The position numbers were made by a program, and so were the translations under genes. The notes under the pieces are model-generated. The model made no database searches and was not told where the DNA came from. It was given only the letters and a program-made list of their open reading frames with translations. From an uncultured Ruficoccus sp. (GTDB lineage: Bacteria > Verrucomicrobiota > Verrucomicrobiia > Opitutales > Cerasicoccaceae): 64,000 nt of DNA. Numbering within the stretch: position 1 is the stretch's first letter; each line of letters begins with the position of its first letter. Where the stretch lies: assembly GCA_965140785.1 (NCBI GenBank), contig OZ223484.1:32001-96000 (forward strand), written 5' to 3'. Below are positions 19,726-29,458 of the stretch, piece after piece.

Positions 19726-21104
19726 ACGTGCTGGTGAGAAAGAGTCAAGCTCTGGCTGGCTGACTGGGGCTCAATGCAGAGGTCAAAGGTGTGAGAGCCG
19801 GCACGGGAGAAATCGATGGTCTGGGTAAAGGCGCGGCCCTTGTGTTCGACCGTCACCTCGTATTGGCCAAAGAAAGCACGGCCACTCCACTGTGTATCGG
19901 TCGCCTCGTCCACGCGCGTGGTCCACTCCTCCCGGATCAGTTGCCGGAGCATGTCATAAGCAGGCTTACGCTGGAGATCCTCGCGCAACAGCCCTCCGTG
20001 CAGCAGGCTTTCTTTACCATGCGAGCCGCCGTCGGCCAGATTCCACCAGTGAATGGCCTCGACCCCCGGATGGCTGAACCAGAGCCGGTAGAGCGCGCGC
20101 AGCAGGCGCGCCTGAAAGTCCTCGCCCACTGCGTTCGCGCCATAAGCCGGGAGCGTGATTTCGGAGATATCAATCGGAAGGCCGAACCCGGAGTAGTGAT
20201 CGAGAATGGAGGTCAGGCGAGCCGGGTTCAGATAAATGTCGCGGGCTTCCCACAACAAAGCCGGATCGGCACTCATCCCGTTCTCGTCATAGAAGAAAAG
20301 GTGGTACTGTAACCCCAATCCGTCCACTCGCAGGCCGCGCAAGCGGAGGTTTTCCAGCAGCAGGGACAGCCCCGTGGTCTGCTGGTGAAATTCGCGCCAG
20401 GAGTAGGCGGTCGCCTCGTTCAGGTAAAGCTTGGCCTCCGGCCCGAAGCACTGTCCGGCCACCCGGAAAGACTGCCTCACATAGTCGGGCGGCAGTTGCT
20501 TGACCTGAGGAAACAGAAAGCGCTCCATCGCCTCGTTGACCACGTCCCAGCGCAGGATGCGATCCCCGTAGCGTTGAGCGATCTCCCGCAGGCGGCGCTC
20601 GATTTTCTTCGCACTTTGCGCCAAGTCTGATGGGAGCCAGTCCGGCACCCATTGATGCCAGACCAGGCAGTGCCCCTTGGTGGACAAGTGGTGTTTGTCA
20701 CAAAATTCCAATACACGATCAGGCGGAGGTCGTCGGGGAATAAACGGACTGTCCGATTCGAAGCGCGGCCTCCCCTCCTCTGGCTCAAGATCGGACCAGT
20801 AGAAAGGCACCACGGCGGAGTTAAACAGCTCCAGAAACGCCTGCTCGTATGCGCGGTTCTGCGCAGCCTCTTCATAACCCTCAAGCATGAAGAGGTTGGC
20901 CCCGAATAAAAACTCGTGCCGGTTCTGACGCAGGCACAGGCGCACGGGCCCCGCTGGCTCGCCATCCTTATCGACCACACGCACAGTCAGGTGACCCTGA
21001 CGATGCGCACGGATTTGCGCGTCAATATGTGCCTCGTGCTCTCGCTCCTCAAATGGCGCGAGGAGAGACTTAAATTGCGAAGGGGATAGGCTGGGAACGG
21101 ACAT
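19722..21104 (-). CDS. GH10-family glycoside hydrolase, no signal peptide
   Basis: KGHCLVW, WDVVNE, LYLNE, DGLGLQYH, ISE, KPAY. Confidence 0.88.
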   Translation of the reverse strand: MSVPSLSPSQFKSLLAPFEEREHEAHIDAQIRAHRQGHLTVRVVDKDGEPAGPVRLCLRQNRHEFLFGANLFMLEGYEEAAQNRAYEQAFLELFNSAVVPFYWSDLEPEEGRPRFESDSPFIPRRPPPDRVLEFCDKHHLSTKGHCLVWHQWVPDWLPSDLAQSAKKIERRLREIAQRYGDRILRWDVVNEAMERFLFPQVKQLPPDYVRQSFRVAGQCFGPEAKLYLNEATAYSWREFHQQTTGLSLLLENLRLRGLRVDGLGLQYHLFFYDENGMSADPALLWEARDIYLNPARLTSILDHYSGFGLPIDISEITLPAYGANAVGEDFQARLLRALYRLWFSHPGVEAIHWWNLADGGSHGKESLLHGGLLREDLQRKPAYDMLRQLIREEWTTRVDEATDTQWSGRAFFGQYEVTVEHKGRAFTQTIDFSRAGSHTFDLCIEPQSASQSLTLSHQHV

Positions 21105-21171
21105 GAAAGAAAACGGATTAATTCGATAGCGGGTCTACAATCCAGGTTGACCGGACGCAATGGCCGCCTAG

Positions 21172-21185
21172 TTTAATCTATTAAA
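21172..21185. promoter_or_regulatory. Candidate LacI operator
   Basis: TTTAAT-CT-ATTAAA palindrome touching the LacI start codon in an 80-bp divergent gap. Confidence 0.4.
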
Positions 21186-22231
21186 TGAGTTTTTCGTCCC
21201 CCTCGCTCAAAGACGTTGGCCAGCGCATCGGAGTCAGCGCAGCCACGGTATCCATGGCCTTGCGGGGCGATTCGCGCATTTCAAAGGCGACCCAGGAACG
21301 CGTGCGCCAAGCGGCTCAGGAAATCGGCTACCAGCCTGATCCCATGCTCTCGGCGCTGGTCGCCCGACGCGACCGAGGCCGCAAGCGCCGGACGATGGCC
21401 AACGTAGCCGCCCTGGTGGACGACCGCTGGAACAACATCCGTGAACCCTGGATAGAGCGCATCCTGGACGGCATGCGTACGGCCTGCCAGGTGTTCGGTT
21501 ACGAGTTGAGTGTGTTTGTGCTCCAGCAGGATCTCGGCCCCGCGCCCGGACGCATCCTCCAGGCCCGGGGAATGCGTGGCATTGTCCTGCTACCGCAGGT
21601 AGATGACAACCTCGATATCCCGCTGGACTGGGAACACTATGTGACGGTGGTGATCGGAAATTCGCCGCTGAGCCGCCGGATGCACCGGGTCGGCAATGAC
21701 GGCTTCGCAGGCATGAACCTTGTCTGTGAAAAATTGTCCGCCCGGGGCTACCGCCGGCTGGGACTGGCCCACCCTTTTGGCGCCGAGCACCGCCTGCGCT
21801 ACGAATGGCTGGGGGCCTTGAGCAAGGAGCACTTCCTGAAAGCCAATCGCCTCAAAGTGGCTCACCCCCACCTCCCCGAGCGCATGCACCCCGAGCGCTT
21901 CCTGGAGTGGGTCCGCAAGGAAAAACCCGACTGCGTGATCACCGACACACCCGATGTACTTCGCTGGCTCAATACCGGCGGGTACCGCGTACCCGAGGAC
22001 ATCGGGCTGGTCTATCTGACGATGAATACCGGTGAGGAGCCGGGGTACTCCGGGGTCGCGCCACGCCTGAACGTCGCTGGTGAAAGCGCGATCGAGCAGT
22101 TGCACGCTTCCTTATTACGCGGCGACAGGGGCTTCCCGGAGAACCCGAAGGAAATTCTCATTCAGCCCCTCTGGGTCGATGGCACCACCATTCGGCATCC
22201 GGTGGAGGACACCCAAGCCCAAAACACGTAG
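21185..22231 (+). CDS. LacI-family transcriptional regulator
   Basis: SLKDVGQRIGVSAATVSMALR HTH; GYQPD hinge; sugar-binding domain. Confidence 0.95.
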   Translation: MSFSSPSLKDVGQRIGVSAATVSMALRGDSRISKATQERVRQAAQEIGYQPDPMLSALVARRDRGRKRRTMANVAALVDDRWNNIREPWIERILDGMRTACQVFGYELSVFVLQQDLGPAPGRILQARGMRGIVLLPQVDDNLDIPLDWEHYVTVVIGNSPLSRRMHRVGNDGFAGMNLVCEKLSARGYRRLGLAHPFGAEHRLRYEWLGALSKEHFLKANRLKVAHPHLPERMHPERFLEWVRKEKPDCVITDTPDVLRWLNTGGYRVPEDIGLVYLTMNTGEEPGYSGVAPRLNVAGESAIEQLHASLLRGDRGFPENPKEILIQPLWVDGTTIRHPVEDTQAQNT

Positions 22232-22236
22232 CAGAC

Positions 22237-23040
22237 CTACTGTCCGGCTTCGGTCATGACCACATTGACTTCAAAGGCGAGCTTATCCCCGGCACTGTAG
22301 GTGAAGGGCTTTTTCCATTTCTCTCGCTGAGACAAGTTCACCCCGATGTAATCACCGCCCCATGTGCGCGTATCCTGGATGTGCAGGGCCGTGCCCTTGG
22401 CCGGATCAATGCGAATCTGCCGTTGATCGCTGGTGATCGTAGCCGTTTGAAAACCATAGCCCTCATACTTGTCCGGCTCGTTGCTGATGGTGTAGGTGCG
22501 TTCCGTGCCCGAGCTGTCAACGATGGCCAAGGCCGCCCCCGTGAACTTCGACGGGGGAAAATTGAGCGAGAATCGCGGCGAGGCCTGCCATTGGCTGTCC
22601 TTAAGCAGAGTGATTTCCACCTGAATGTTAAGTGTGCCCTCGCCCGCCTTCCGATAGACGATGGTATAATCCGCTACCTTCGAAGTCTTATCCGAGGGCG
22701 TCTCCAAAAGCGTGCCGGAGGCCGTGACCTCCGTATTCGAGCGCTGAATCCGTACCTCATCATCCACCACAAAACCAGGCCCCTGGTAGATGGTCCCGCC
22801 CTTGTTTGCCTTGAGCAAAAATATCTGACCGGAGCCGATCACAATTTGGCCATCGGCGGTGACTCTGGCCAACCGTCCCGAGGGTGCGATCTGTGCCTCT
22901 AGCCCGGTGCCAATAGGCCAGAAAATGTCTCCCTTCGCCATGGCAGCGGTCGACATGGCCACCGCGATCAGCCCAAGAACGAGTCGATAAAAATAAGGTT
23001 TCATCATAGTCATCACAGATTCGTGTGTGTTTGTTTCCAT
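22237..23040 (-). CDS. Secreted hypothetical protein (beta-rich)
   Basis: Signal peptide ending AAMA; last gene of cassette. Confidence 0.7.
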   Translation of the reverse strand: METNTHESVMTMMKPYFYRLVLGLIAVAMSTAAMAKGDIFWPIGTGLEAQIAPSGRLARVTADGQIVIGSGQIFLLKANKGGTIYQGPGFVVDDEVRIQRSNTEVTASGTLLETPSDKTSKVADYTIVYRKAGEGTLNIQVEITLLKDSQWQASPRFSLNFPPSKFTGAALAIVDSSGTERTYTISNEPDKYEGYGFQTATITSDQRQIRIDPAKGTALHIQDTRTWGGDYIGVNLSQREKWKKPFTYSAGDKLAFEVNVVMTEAGQ

Positions 23041-23063
23041 GCGTGCTCAGGTGATAGCCGGGT

Positions 23064-25772
23064 CTATCGGATGATATCCAATTCGACATCATCGATTTCG
23101 ACCACACCGCCCGGCTCTTCCAGGCCAATCATGGCACGCATCCATCCGTACATTTCCGGTATTTGTTTGGTAACCTCGATCTCTTGCCACTCGCCCGTTC
23201 CCGTCACAGCGAGGGCATCTTCTTTCTTCGGCCAGCGACCGTTTTCGTCTACGATACTGAAGCGCAGCAGCAGTTCCTGGCCTTCTTCAATCCGTACCCA
23301 CGCCCGCAGGCACCACTGTCCGGCGCTGGTCCGCTTGAGCCGTTGCTGAACCCAGGCACCGGTTGAGGCCTGCCGGGTATCCAGGCGTATTGCCTCTTCC
23401 CCGGATCGACCCTCGACAAAAGAGAGCACGGACGGCGAGGCCTGCTGCGGGCTCAGCTTCCAATCCGTCGGCCAGGCCGTAGAAGCATCCATGATCAGGT
23501 CTCCCGTTTTCTCTTCGAAGCTGCCGTTCTTCAGCCAGTTCTCGTCTTGCCGAGAGACGGCTGTGACCGACAGCGGCTTTGGCGAGATCACGTAAGCGTC
23601 GTCAGGAAGGGCCAGCGTCAGTTCCTCCCCGATCGGCCCATCGTGCAGTGTCTCCCCATAGAGATTGGTCACCTGAACCACATCCTCCGGCTCCAGCCCT
23701 TCCACGGTCAGTTCGACACCCGTCGGGCCTGAGGCAAAATACTGGAGATACTTTCCATCGGCCCGCGACAGCTGCCAGGCTTCAAAGCGACCCTCGACAC
23801 CCGGGACCGGCCCCTCCAGGGCCTCGGCGGCAGCCAACTGCCGCGCCAGCTCCGCCGTCACGGCGAAGTAACGGGTGGGTTTCAAGTTCCCATAGTGCTT
23901 ATCGGTGTCCGTCCCCAGCAGGAAGAACTTATCCCAATCCTGAGAGAGGCCCCAAAAGGCCAGGCGAACCGTTTGGTAATCGTCGCGGGGGCTCTCGCCC
24001 ATCATGTATTGCCGTTCCGTCTGCCACAGCGGTACACCCGGCTGATCCTCGCGGGCGGCCCGCGTCGCATCCTCGATCAGCTCCCGGCGTGCGTACCCAT
24101 GAAAGGCAAAGGCATCGAGGTAATCTCCCCCGCCCAACTCTAGCATCTCGCGCGGCATGCCCAGGTCTGTGGCCTTGTCGCTGACCATACTGAACCCGGA
24201 GGACAGCACGACCGCATCCGGGTCGATCGCGTGCACTTCCTCACTGACGATTTCCAACAGGTCGACATAATCCTGCGTGGTGCCGCTGAACGAGGCTAGA
24301 CGGTTCGGCGGATGAAAATCGACCTCATTATAGACTTCCCAGTATTTGACGCGGTCATGATAGCGCTCCACCACGGCTCGCACGTAGTTCCGCCATTCCT
24401 CCAGGCTGCGGGGCTGATAGCGATCCGGGCGACGGCTCCAGTCGGTCCCGCGTCTAAACTTTTCGATGACGGGCAGAAACTTTTGATATTCCGCCGGCGA
24501 ATAGGTGCTGGCCCAGGCGGGCGGACCGGCCAACAGACCCACGGTCTGGATGACCTGTTCGGTGGATCGGTCCATGGCTTCATCGGGCACGTTCCATTCA
24601 AAATTCCCCGGCTCCGGCTCCACATTACACCAGAGGAAAAAGCGGTTGAGCCCGAAGCCCCACGCCCGGTTCCAGTGGATACCGATCTGGGTGAAGAAAT
24701 CGGGTTTAATATCCAATAGCTGATGGTGCCCCAAGTAGTCCGCCAGCGCGCCCTCGGTAGCGTCCTCCGCTGGCCACACGACAAAAGACACCTCGTAGGT
24801 CGCTGTCCGCTCGCCCGGCCCCGTCACCGTGAGCTCGGCGTCAAAGTAACCCGTCTCTTTCAGCGCAGGTAGTTGAATGGACTGCGATTGATAGTCCTCA
24901 CGGGGAACGGCAGTGAGTTGATAGTCCTGGGTGGCCACCTCGTCACCGTCCCGGTTGCGGACCCGGGCATGAATGGCGAAATCAACGTTGTGGTCGGAAT
25001 AGTTCACCACCCGCAGGGGGACTTCTAAGCCGACACCTGCTTTTCCCACCAGTACAGCCGCCCGACGGTCCGGAAAAATCCCCGCGATGTAGTCCTTTAC
25101 CTGCCAATACGTATCTCCGCGCACCAGCCCCTGCTCGGGGTCATAGGCCAGCGTCGTATGGTCATCGGGCTGGAGCGGCTCCTGCACGTTCGAGAGCTGA
25201 GCGTCCGTGCGCACATGATCGGAAATCCGCACGCCATGAATTTCAAACGCTCGCGGGTCCCCCACCGTAAAGAAACCCGGCAGCGTCGACAACTCCCCAA
25301 CAAAGCTTGTTCGGGCGACTTTGCGGCCATCGAACCACAGGCTCGACTCATCGTTGCCCCAACGCAAGGCGATCCGATACGGTCGATCCAGATCGTAATC
25401 AGGCGTAGAAGTCGACAGAGATTTCGGTCGCTGGCTGTCCTGCACGATCCCAGTGAACTCGCGGCTATCATTCGACGGACAGAAGGCAATTCCCAGCATG
25501 CTGTTACCCCCATCGCGAGCATTACCCACCGCACGAAACGGCACATACCAGTCGGTTTTCATGCCCGCCGGGCTTCGGCGCATCGATACGTCCAGTTCGA
25601 TCGTTCCTTCCTCTCGATTGATCACACCAGGGGCCCAGTAGCGCACTTGCTCAATGCTCGCTTCAACCTCTTGGGCTTGCGTGGAAACGATCCCACCAAA
25701 GAGAGCCACAGCGACCATGCCATACAAGTGAATGGCCAAGGCGGACGAAAGTATTATACCATTTTTTATCAT
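23064..25772 (-). CDS. Secreted modular clan GH-A glycoside hydrolase, paralog of 13752-16379
   Basis: YWAPGVINREEGTIELDV, YWEVYNEVDFHPP, FHGY, LWQTE, LKNGSFE; start uncertain. Confidence 0.8.
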   Translation of the reverse strand: MIKNGIILSSALAIHLYGMVAVALFGGIVSTQAQEVEASIEQVRYWAPGVINREEGTIELDVSMRRSPAGMKTDWYVPFRAVGNARDGGNSMLGIAFCPSNDSREFTGIVQDSQRPKSLSTSTPDYDLDRPYRIALRWGNDESSLWFDGRKVARTSFVGELSTLPGFFTVGDPRAFEIHGVRISDHVRTDAQLSNVQEPLQPDDHTTLAYDPEQGLVRGDTYWQVKDYIAGIFPDRRAAVLVGKAGVGLEVPLRVVNYSDHNVDFAIHARVRNRDGDEVATQDYQLTAVPREDYQSQSIQLPALKETGYFDAELTVTGPGERTATYEVSFVVWPAEDATEGALADYLGHHQLLDIKPDFFTQIGIHWNRAWGFGLNRFFLWCNVEPEPGNFEWNVPDEAMDRSTEQVIQTVGLLAGPPAWASTYSPAEYQKFLPVIEKFRRGTDWSRRPDRYQPRSLEEWRNYVRAVVERYHDRVKYWEVYNEVDFHPPNRLASFSGTTQDYVDLLEIVSEEVHAIDPDAVVLSSGFSMVSDKATDLGMPREMLELGGGDYLDAFAFHGYARRELIEDATRAAREDQPGVPLWQTERQYMMGESPRDDYQTVRLAFWGLSQDWDKFFLLGTDTDKHYGNLKPTRYFAVTAELARQLAAAEALEGPVPGVEGRFEAWQLSRADGKYLQYFASGPTGVELTVEGLEPEDVVQVTNLYGETLHDGPIGEELTLALPDDAYVISPKPLSVTAVSRQDENWLKNGSFEEKTGDLIMDASTAWPTDWKLSPQQASPSVLSFVEGRSGEEAIRLDTRQASTGAWVQQRLKRTSAGQWCLRAWVRIEEGQELLLRFSIVDENGRWPKKEDALAVTGTGEWQEIEVTKQIPEMYGWMRAMIGLEEPGGVVEIDDVELDIIR

Positions 25773-25810
25773 AGAAAAATTAACAATTAGGTAAGAGATT
25801 GCAAACGAGG

Positions 25811-26446
25811 CTAAGGCCGATGGTACCAACGCGGATCAGACGCAGACACCGCTTCGCCCGGGATGGATTCGACATGGCCATCAACAAAAAGATAGTTCGC
25901 ACTCGGACCCGGGTGCCTTGCGTCGAAATACTGCGCCCCCGAGTAGGGTGAATAGAGCTGGATGGCAGCATCCACCTCTACCACCAGGAAGGTTGAAGCC
26001 GGGTCGGGCACGTCCGCCCGGTAATTCCAATGCCGAGCATACCGGGGCGATACAAATGCATTATAAGCATAGCAAATTTCATTCTGCCGGGGACTGTTTT
26101 CATACGTATACTCGGGGCAGACGAATATTTCGGAAATTTTGGGCAGTGTTCCAGTCCCCATTGAACCTTCCAGGATTCCCGCATAGGGCTCCAGTTGCCA
26201 ATACCAGGTGGGTGAAGTTTCTCCCGAGGGGAAAACGCCTCCATGCTCCCCGGCGTACAGGTGGAGGGCGACCCCGATCTGGCGCAAGTTCGAAGCACAT
26301 CCCGTCATCCTGGCCCGGCTGCTCAGATGACTCACACCCATCAAAGACAACACGGTCAACACGCCGATAACAGCGATGGCAGCCAGTATCTCGATCAAAG
26401 AAAATCCTCTGTGGGAACTCGGTGAACAATCGGGATGGGGCAGCAT
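25811..26446 (-). CDS. Prepilin-type pseudopilin, DUF1559/H-X9-DG-like
   Basis: HRG|FSLIEIL, CASNLRQIGVA, RHPGPSANYLFVDGHVE. Confidence 0.92.
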   Translation of the reverse strand: MLPHPDCSPSSHRGFSLIEILAAIAVIGVLTVLSLMGVSHLSSRARMTGCASNLRQIGVALHLYAGEHGGVFPSGETSPTWYWQLEPYAGILEGSMGTGTLPKISEIFVCPEYTYENSPRQNEICYAYNAFVSPRYARHWNYRADVPDPASTFLVVEVDAAIQLYSPYSGAQYFDARHPGPSANYLFVDGHVESIPGEAVSASDPRWYHRP

Positions 26447-26514
26447 GGGGAAGGGAAAAATTTGAACGTTTATTATCATCTTTCGACATTAATATAGAGG
26501 CAATAAATGAAGAA

Positions 26515-26527
26515 TGTTACCCGTAAT
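26515..26527. promoter_or_regulatory. Operator copy 1 (TGTTACCCGTAAT)
   Basis: Identical 13-mer in three intergenic regions; this copy is upstream of the pseudopilin. Confidence 0.75.
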
Positions 26528-26561
26528 TCCATTCCACATTATAAAAGTCAAAATCCCGTTT

Positions 26562-28451
26562 CTATGGCACCTTTTCTCCATTAATACCAAGAGTCAATTC
26601 GACGCTTAGTGTGGCATCTTTTGTCTCCAGTAGTAAAAGCCGATAGATGCCATTACGGTTCGCCAACGATGACTCTTGCCAGTGAACAGTAACGGAGGCG
26701 GGGTCAAAACGGAGGATACATTCTTCGCCATCCCAGCGCCAGCGGACGATTCCGTTCTCGCCCGCGTTCAATATTTGGGTGGAAGCTCCGCCATCGGTGT
26801 GCAGGACAGGAATTTGCACGCCCAAAGTCTCACTGTCACCGATTTCTTCGCAGACTGTAGTCGTGAAACGCACTCCGTTTTCGTGAATGGAATACGCTTC
26901 GGCCAGACGGTGCTCGTTCCAATGATAGTAAATCGTAAAGTCGATGCCCGAGGACGTACACATCTCTACATGCAGTCGGTGATCCAACGATTCACTCAGA
27001 TCGGCCAGACGGTGCAACGTGCCCGCGGTTTTCCAGTACGACGAAAACGAAGCGTTCGCAAGGGGCCTGTGATGCTTGGGCAGGCGATAGCTCGGAGTTG
27101 CGGTAAAGGGTGTGTGCCATCCCAGCAGGTAAGACTGTCCGGTGTGGTGCACCCGCCCTAAGCCGGTAGCGTCATAGTGGAGATCTGCGCGGGTATCTAT
27201 CTCCACGTGATATCCAGCACCCGTTGCAAATACCTTGTGGAAGGCTTCGTCCAGGTGGAGGACAAAACCACCCAACTCCGCCGGACAGGGAGACTCGGCA
27301 ACAGAATCGTCTGCATAGCTGGCCGCCAGCGTCAAAAACGACGCCGCGGTAAGACCATAGCATGAATAGTGCGCGTACTTGTCTCCGCCCCAGTTGTCCT
27401 CAATGGCGAAACGGTTGCGCGCATAGCGGAATGGCTGCATGTCCAGAATCCACGGGCGGATGGCCAGGGCGGACAGATGGGCCTGTCTTTTAAACGCCCC
27501 AGCTAAAGCGGGATCGCGGGTGGCGTAGGATTGTGCTTCGGCCTCGCAGATAGCACAGACGATTGCTTCTTGAAAATGAAACTGGCTGGACCGGCCGCCG
27601 TAGGGCACCAGCCCCAGCGGGGAAAGATAGAAGAGCTGAGTAAGTGCCCCCCGGCGAAGTAATTCCTTAAAAGTGCCCAGCAGTGGCCCACGGTAACCTG
27701 ACCGCAAGGCAGCGGTAATCTGCAAGCGGGTAGTCAGGTCATAGGTAAAGGGATCGTTGGGGTCGCGATACATCCCGTAGTCCGTGAAGTGCGTCAACTG
27801 CGCGGGCATATACTTCTCGAAAAACTCGATCCCGGAAAACGCTGGAGAATCCGCGCCCACCAAGCCGTTCAACTCCCGGATGACTTCCCCTCCTGCCGCG
27901 TAAACCGTCCAGTTATTCAACTCGTGAAGATTGCAGCCGTCCGGACGCACTTGCAGGTAATGGCTTTCCGGGGCCACACGCCGCAGCGCCTCCGCCCATT
28001 GCTCCAGCAATGCCGGCGAGGTATCCGCCTCTCGAAAGGCCCCATAGGCCGTGGCCAGCTCCCGCATCCAGAAGTCGGGCGCATCGGCCTTCCCCGCCGC
28101 TAGACGCTCGCAGGCGGAGGTCATGGCTTTTTCGACCGCCGAGCGCCACTCCGGGATACGCCCCTGCCTGAGCAGGTACGCACCCGGACAGGCAAACCGC
28201 GGGGTGGCCTGTCCCCATTCCTCCCCTGTGACGGGATCGGTGATGCCGCCAGAACTATTTTGGTAGGGCGCGAACGTACGCACGATGGCCTCGGCCATGT
28301 CGAGATAGAGCTCGCGCGTCGTGCCGCTTGGACTCCAGGGAGAAAGAGGCTCCTGAGCCAACACGCGCGTCACCTCCTCCTCCAGAGGAAAGCATCCAAA
28401 CGATGGCGGACAGACTGGAGCGACAGAAGCGGATGTAGAGTCCGGTGCCAT
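26562..28451 (-). CDS. Uncharacterised 629-aa cytoplasmic protein, probably carbohydrate-active
   Basis: Long ORF inside the cassette; helical N-terminal half with NNW motif; beta-rich C-terminus. Confidence 0.75.
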   Translation of the reverse strand: MAPDSTSASVAPVCPPSFGCFPLEEEVTRVLAQEPLSPWSPSGTTRELYLDMAEAIVRTFAPYQNSSGGITDPVTGEEWGQATPRFACPGAYLLRQGRIPEWRSAVEKAMTSACERLAAGKADAPDFWMRELATAYGAFREADTSPALLEQWAEALRRVAPESHYLQVRPDGCNLHELNNWTVYAAGGEVIRELNGLVGADSPAFSGIEFFEKYMPAQLTHFTDYGMYRDPNDPFTYDLTTRLQITAALRSGYRGPLLGTFKELLRRGALTQLFYLSPLGLVPYGGRSSQFHFQEAIVCAICEAEAQSYATRDPALAGAFKRQAHLSALAIRPWILDMQPFRYARNRFAIEDNWGGDKYAHYSCYGLTAASFLTLAASYADDSVAESPCPAELGGFVLHLDEAFHKVFATGAGYHVEIDTRADLHYDATGLGRVHHTGQSYLLGWHTPFTATPSYRLPKHHRPLANASFSSYWKTAGTLHRLADLSESLDHRLHVEMCTSSGIDFTIYYHWNEHRLAEAYSIHENGVRFTTTVCEEIGDSETLGVQIPVLHTDGGASTQILNAGENGIVRWRWDGEECILRFDPASVTVHWQESSLANRNGIYRLLLLETKDATLSVELTLGINGEKVP

Positions 28452-28463
28452 AAAAGCCTGCCT

Positions 28464-29315
28464 CTAGTTGTGAGACCGCTTGCGGCGTGCGAGTCCGAGG
28501 CAAAGCAATCCCACTGTGCCGGCGATCAGGCCGGTCGTTCCAGGCTCGGGAATGGCTGTGCTCACCTCGATATTGCTATAGGTTAACGCACCGTTGGCTC
28601 CCCCTGCATACATGGAGATCATGTCGAACGTAAGGTTGCCAGGAGACGTGTCGGTATAGGTGAGCGTGCGGCCGTTGATGCTGGAGGTAACGATCAGCTC
28701 GTCGTCGATGGTACGGGTAAGCGTGAGCGTAGCGGTATAGGTTGTATCGGCTGAGGTCGGACCTGATCCGTCGGGATCCGCGGCCAGCGTGCCGGGAAAG
28801 GCACTCGAGCTCCAGAGCGTGTCATTGGTAGCGGTACGCTCTTCCAGCGTGTACGTACCGCCTTCCTCAGAAATCAAATAGGAGTAAACGCCGTAGCCAA
28901 GGTCGCTATTGAATGCCGGATCGGTGGTGCCGCCATCAGCGCTCACCTTGGAGCCATTGGAATTGAACAGGCCGAAGCGAAAGTGATTCGTGATAGTCGT
29001 GCTTGCGCCAATATCATAGGAGAAGTCGAAGGAGAAGGTCATCGTTTCTTCCACCCCGATGGTGGTGGGGGTGAAGTAGGTCACGACGTAGCCGTTGCCG
29101 GATCCGGTCGAGTTACCGACCGTCCACGCGTTTGAGGCGACGGAATCCACCCGGTCAGACGTCAAATTGGTCCGCCAGTACCAGGCAGGGTCAGAGGTGC
29201 GGTTACCGTTGGAGAATGTATCATCAATCAAGGGCGCGGCTTGGCCCGGGCAGGCCGCAAGGGCGAGCATCCCGAGCGTGAGGATCAGGGAGATATGGGT
29301 AGAATGTTTTTTCAT
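28464..29315 (-). CDS. PEP-CTERM protein
   Basis: Signal peptide; IPEPGTTGLIAGTVGLLCLGLARRKR. Confidence 0.92.
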   Translation of the reverse strand: MKKHSTHISLILTLGMLALAACPGQAAPLIDDTFSNGNRTSDPAWYWRTNLTSDRVDSVASNAWTVGNSTGSGNGYVVTYFTPTTIGVEETMTFSFDFSYDIGASTTITNHFRFGLFNSNGSKVSADGGTTDPAFNSDLGYGVYSYLISEEGGTYTLEERTATNDTLWSSSAFPGTLAADPDGSGPTSADTTYTATLTLTRTIDDELIVTSSINGRTLTYTDTSPGNLTFDMISMYAGGANGALTYSNIEVSTAIPEPGTTGLIAGTVGLLCLGLARRKRSHN

Positions 29316-29363
29316 GAAGTTCAGGTTACGTTCAACCCGGCAAACCCGTCAAACCGCGCGAGG

Positions 29364-29376
29364 TGTTACCCGTAAT
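29364..29376. promoter_or_regulatory. Operator copy 2 (TGTTACCCGTAAT)
   Basis: About 50 bp upstream of the PEP-CTERM start. Confidence 0.75.
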
Positions 29377-29458
29377 CCTGCAATAGGGAACGCCCATATA
29401 AATAGACCTTCAACCATTGAGAAGATCTGTTGAAGGCGTGTGGTGACTCACACTAAAG

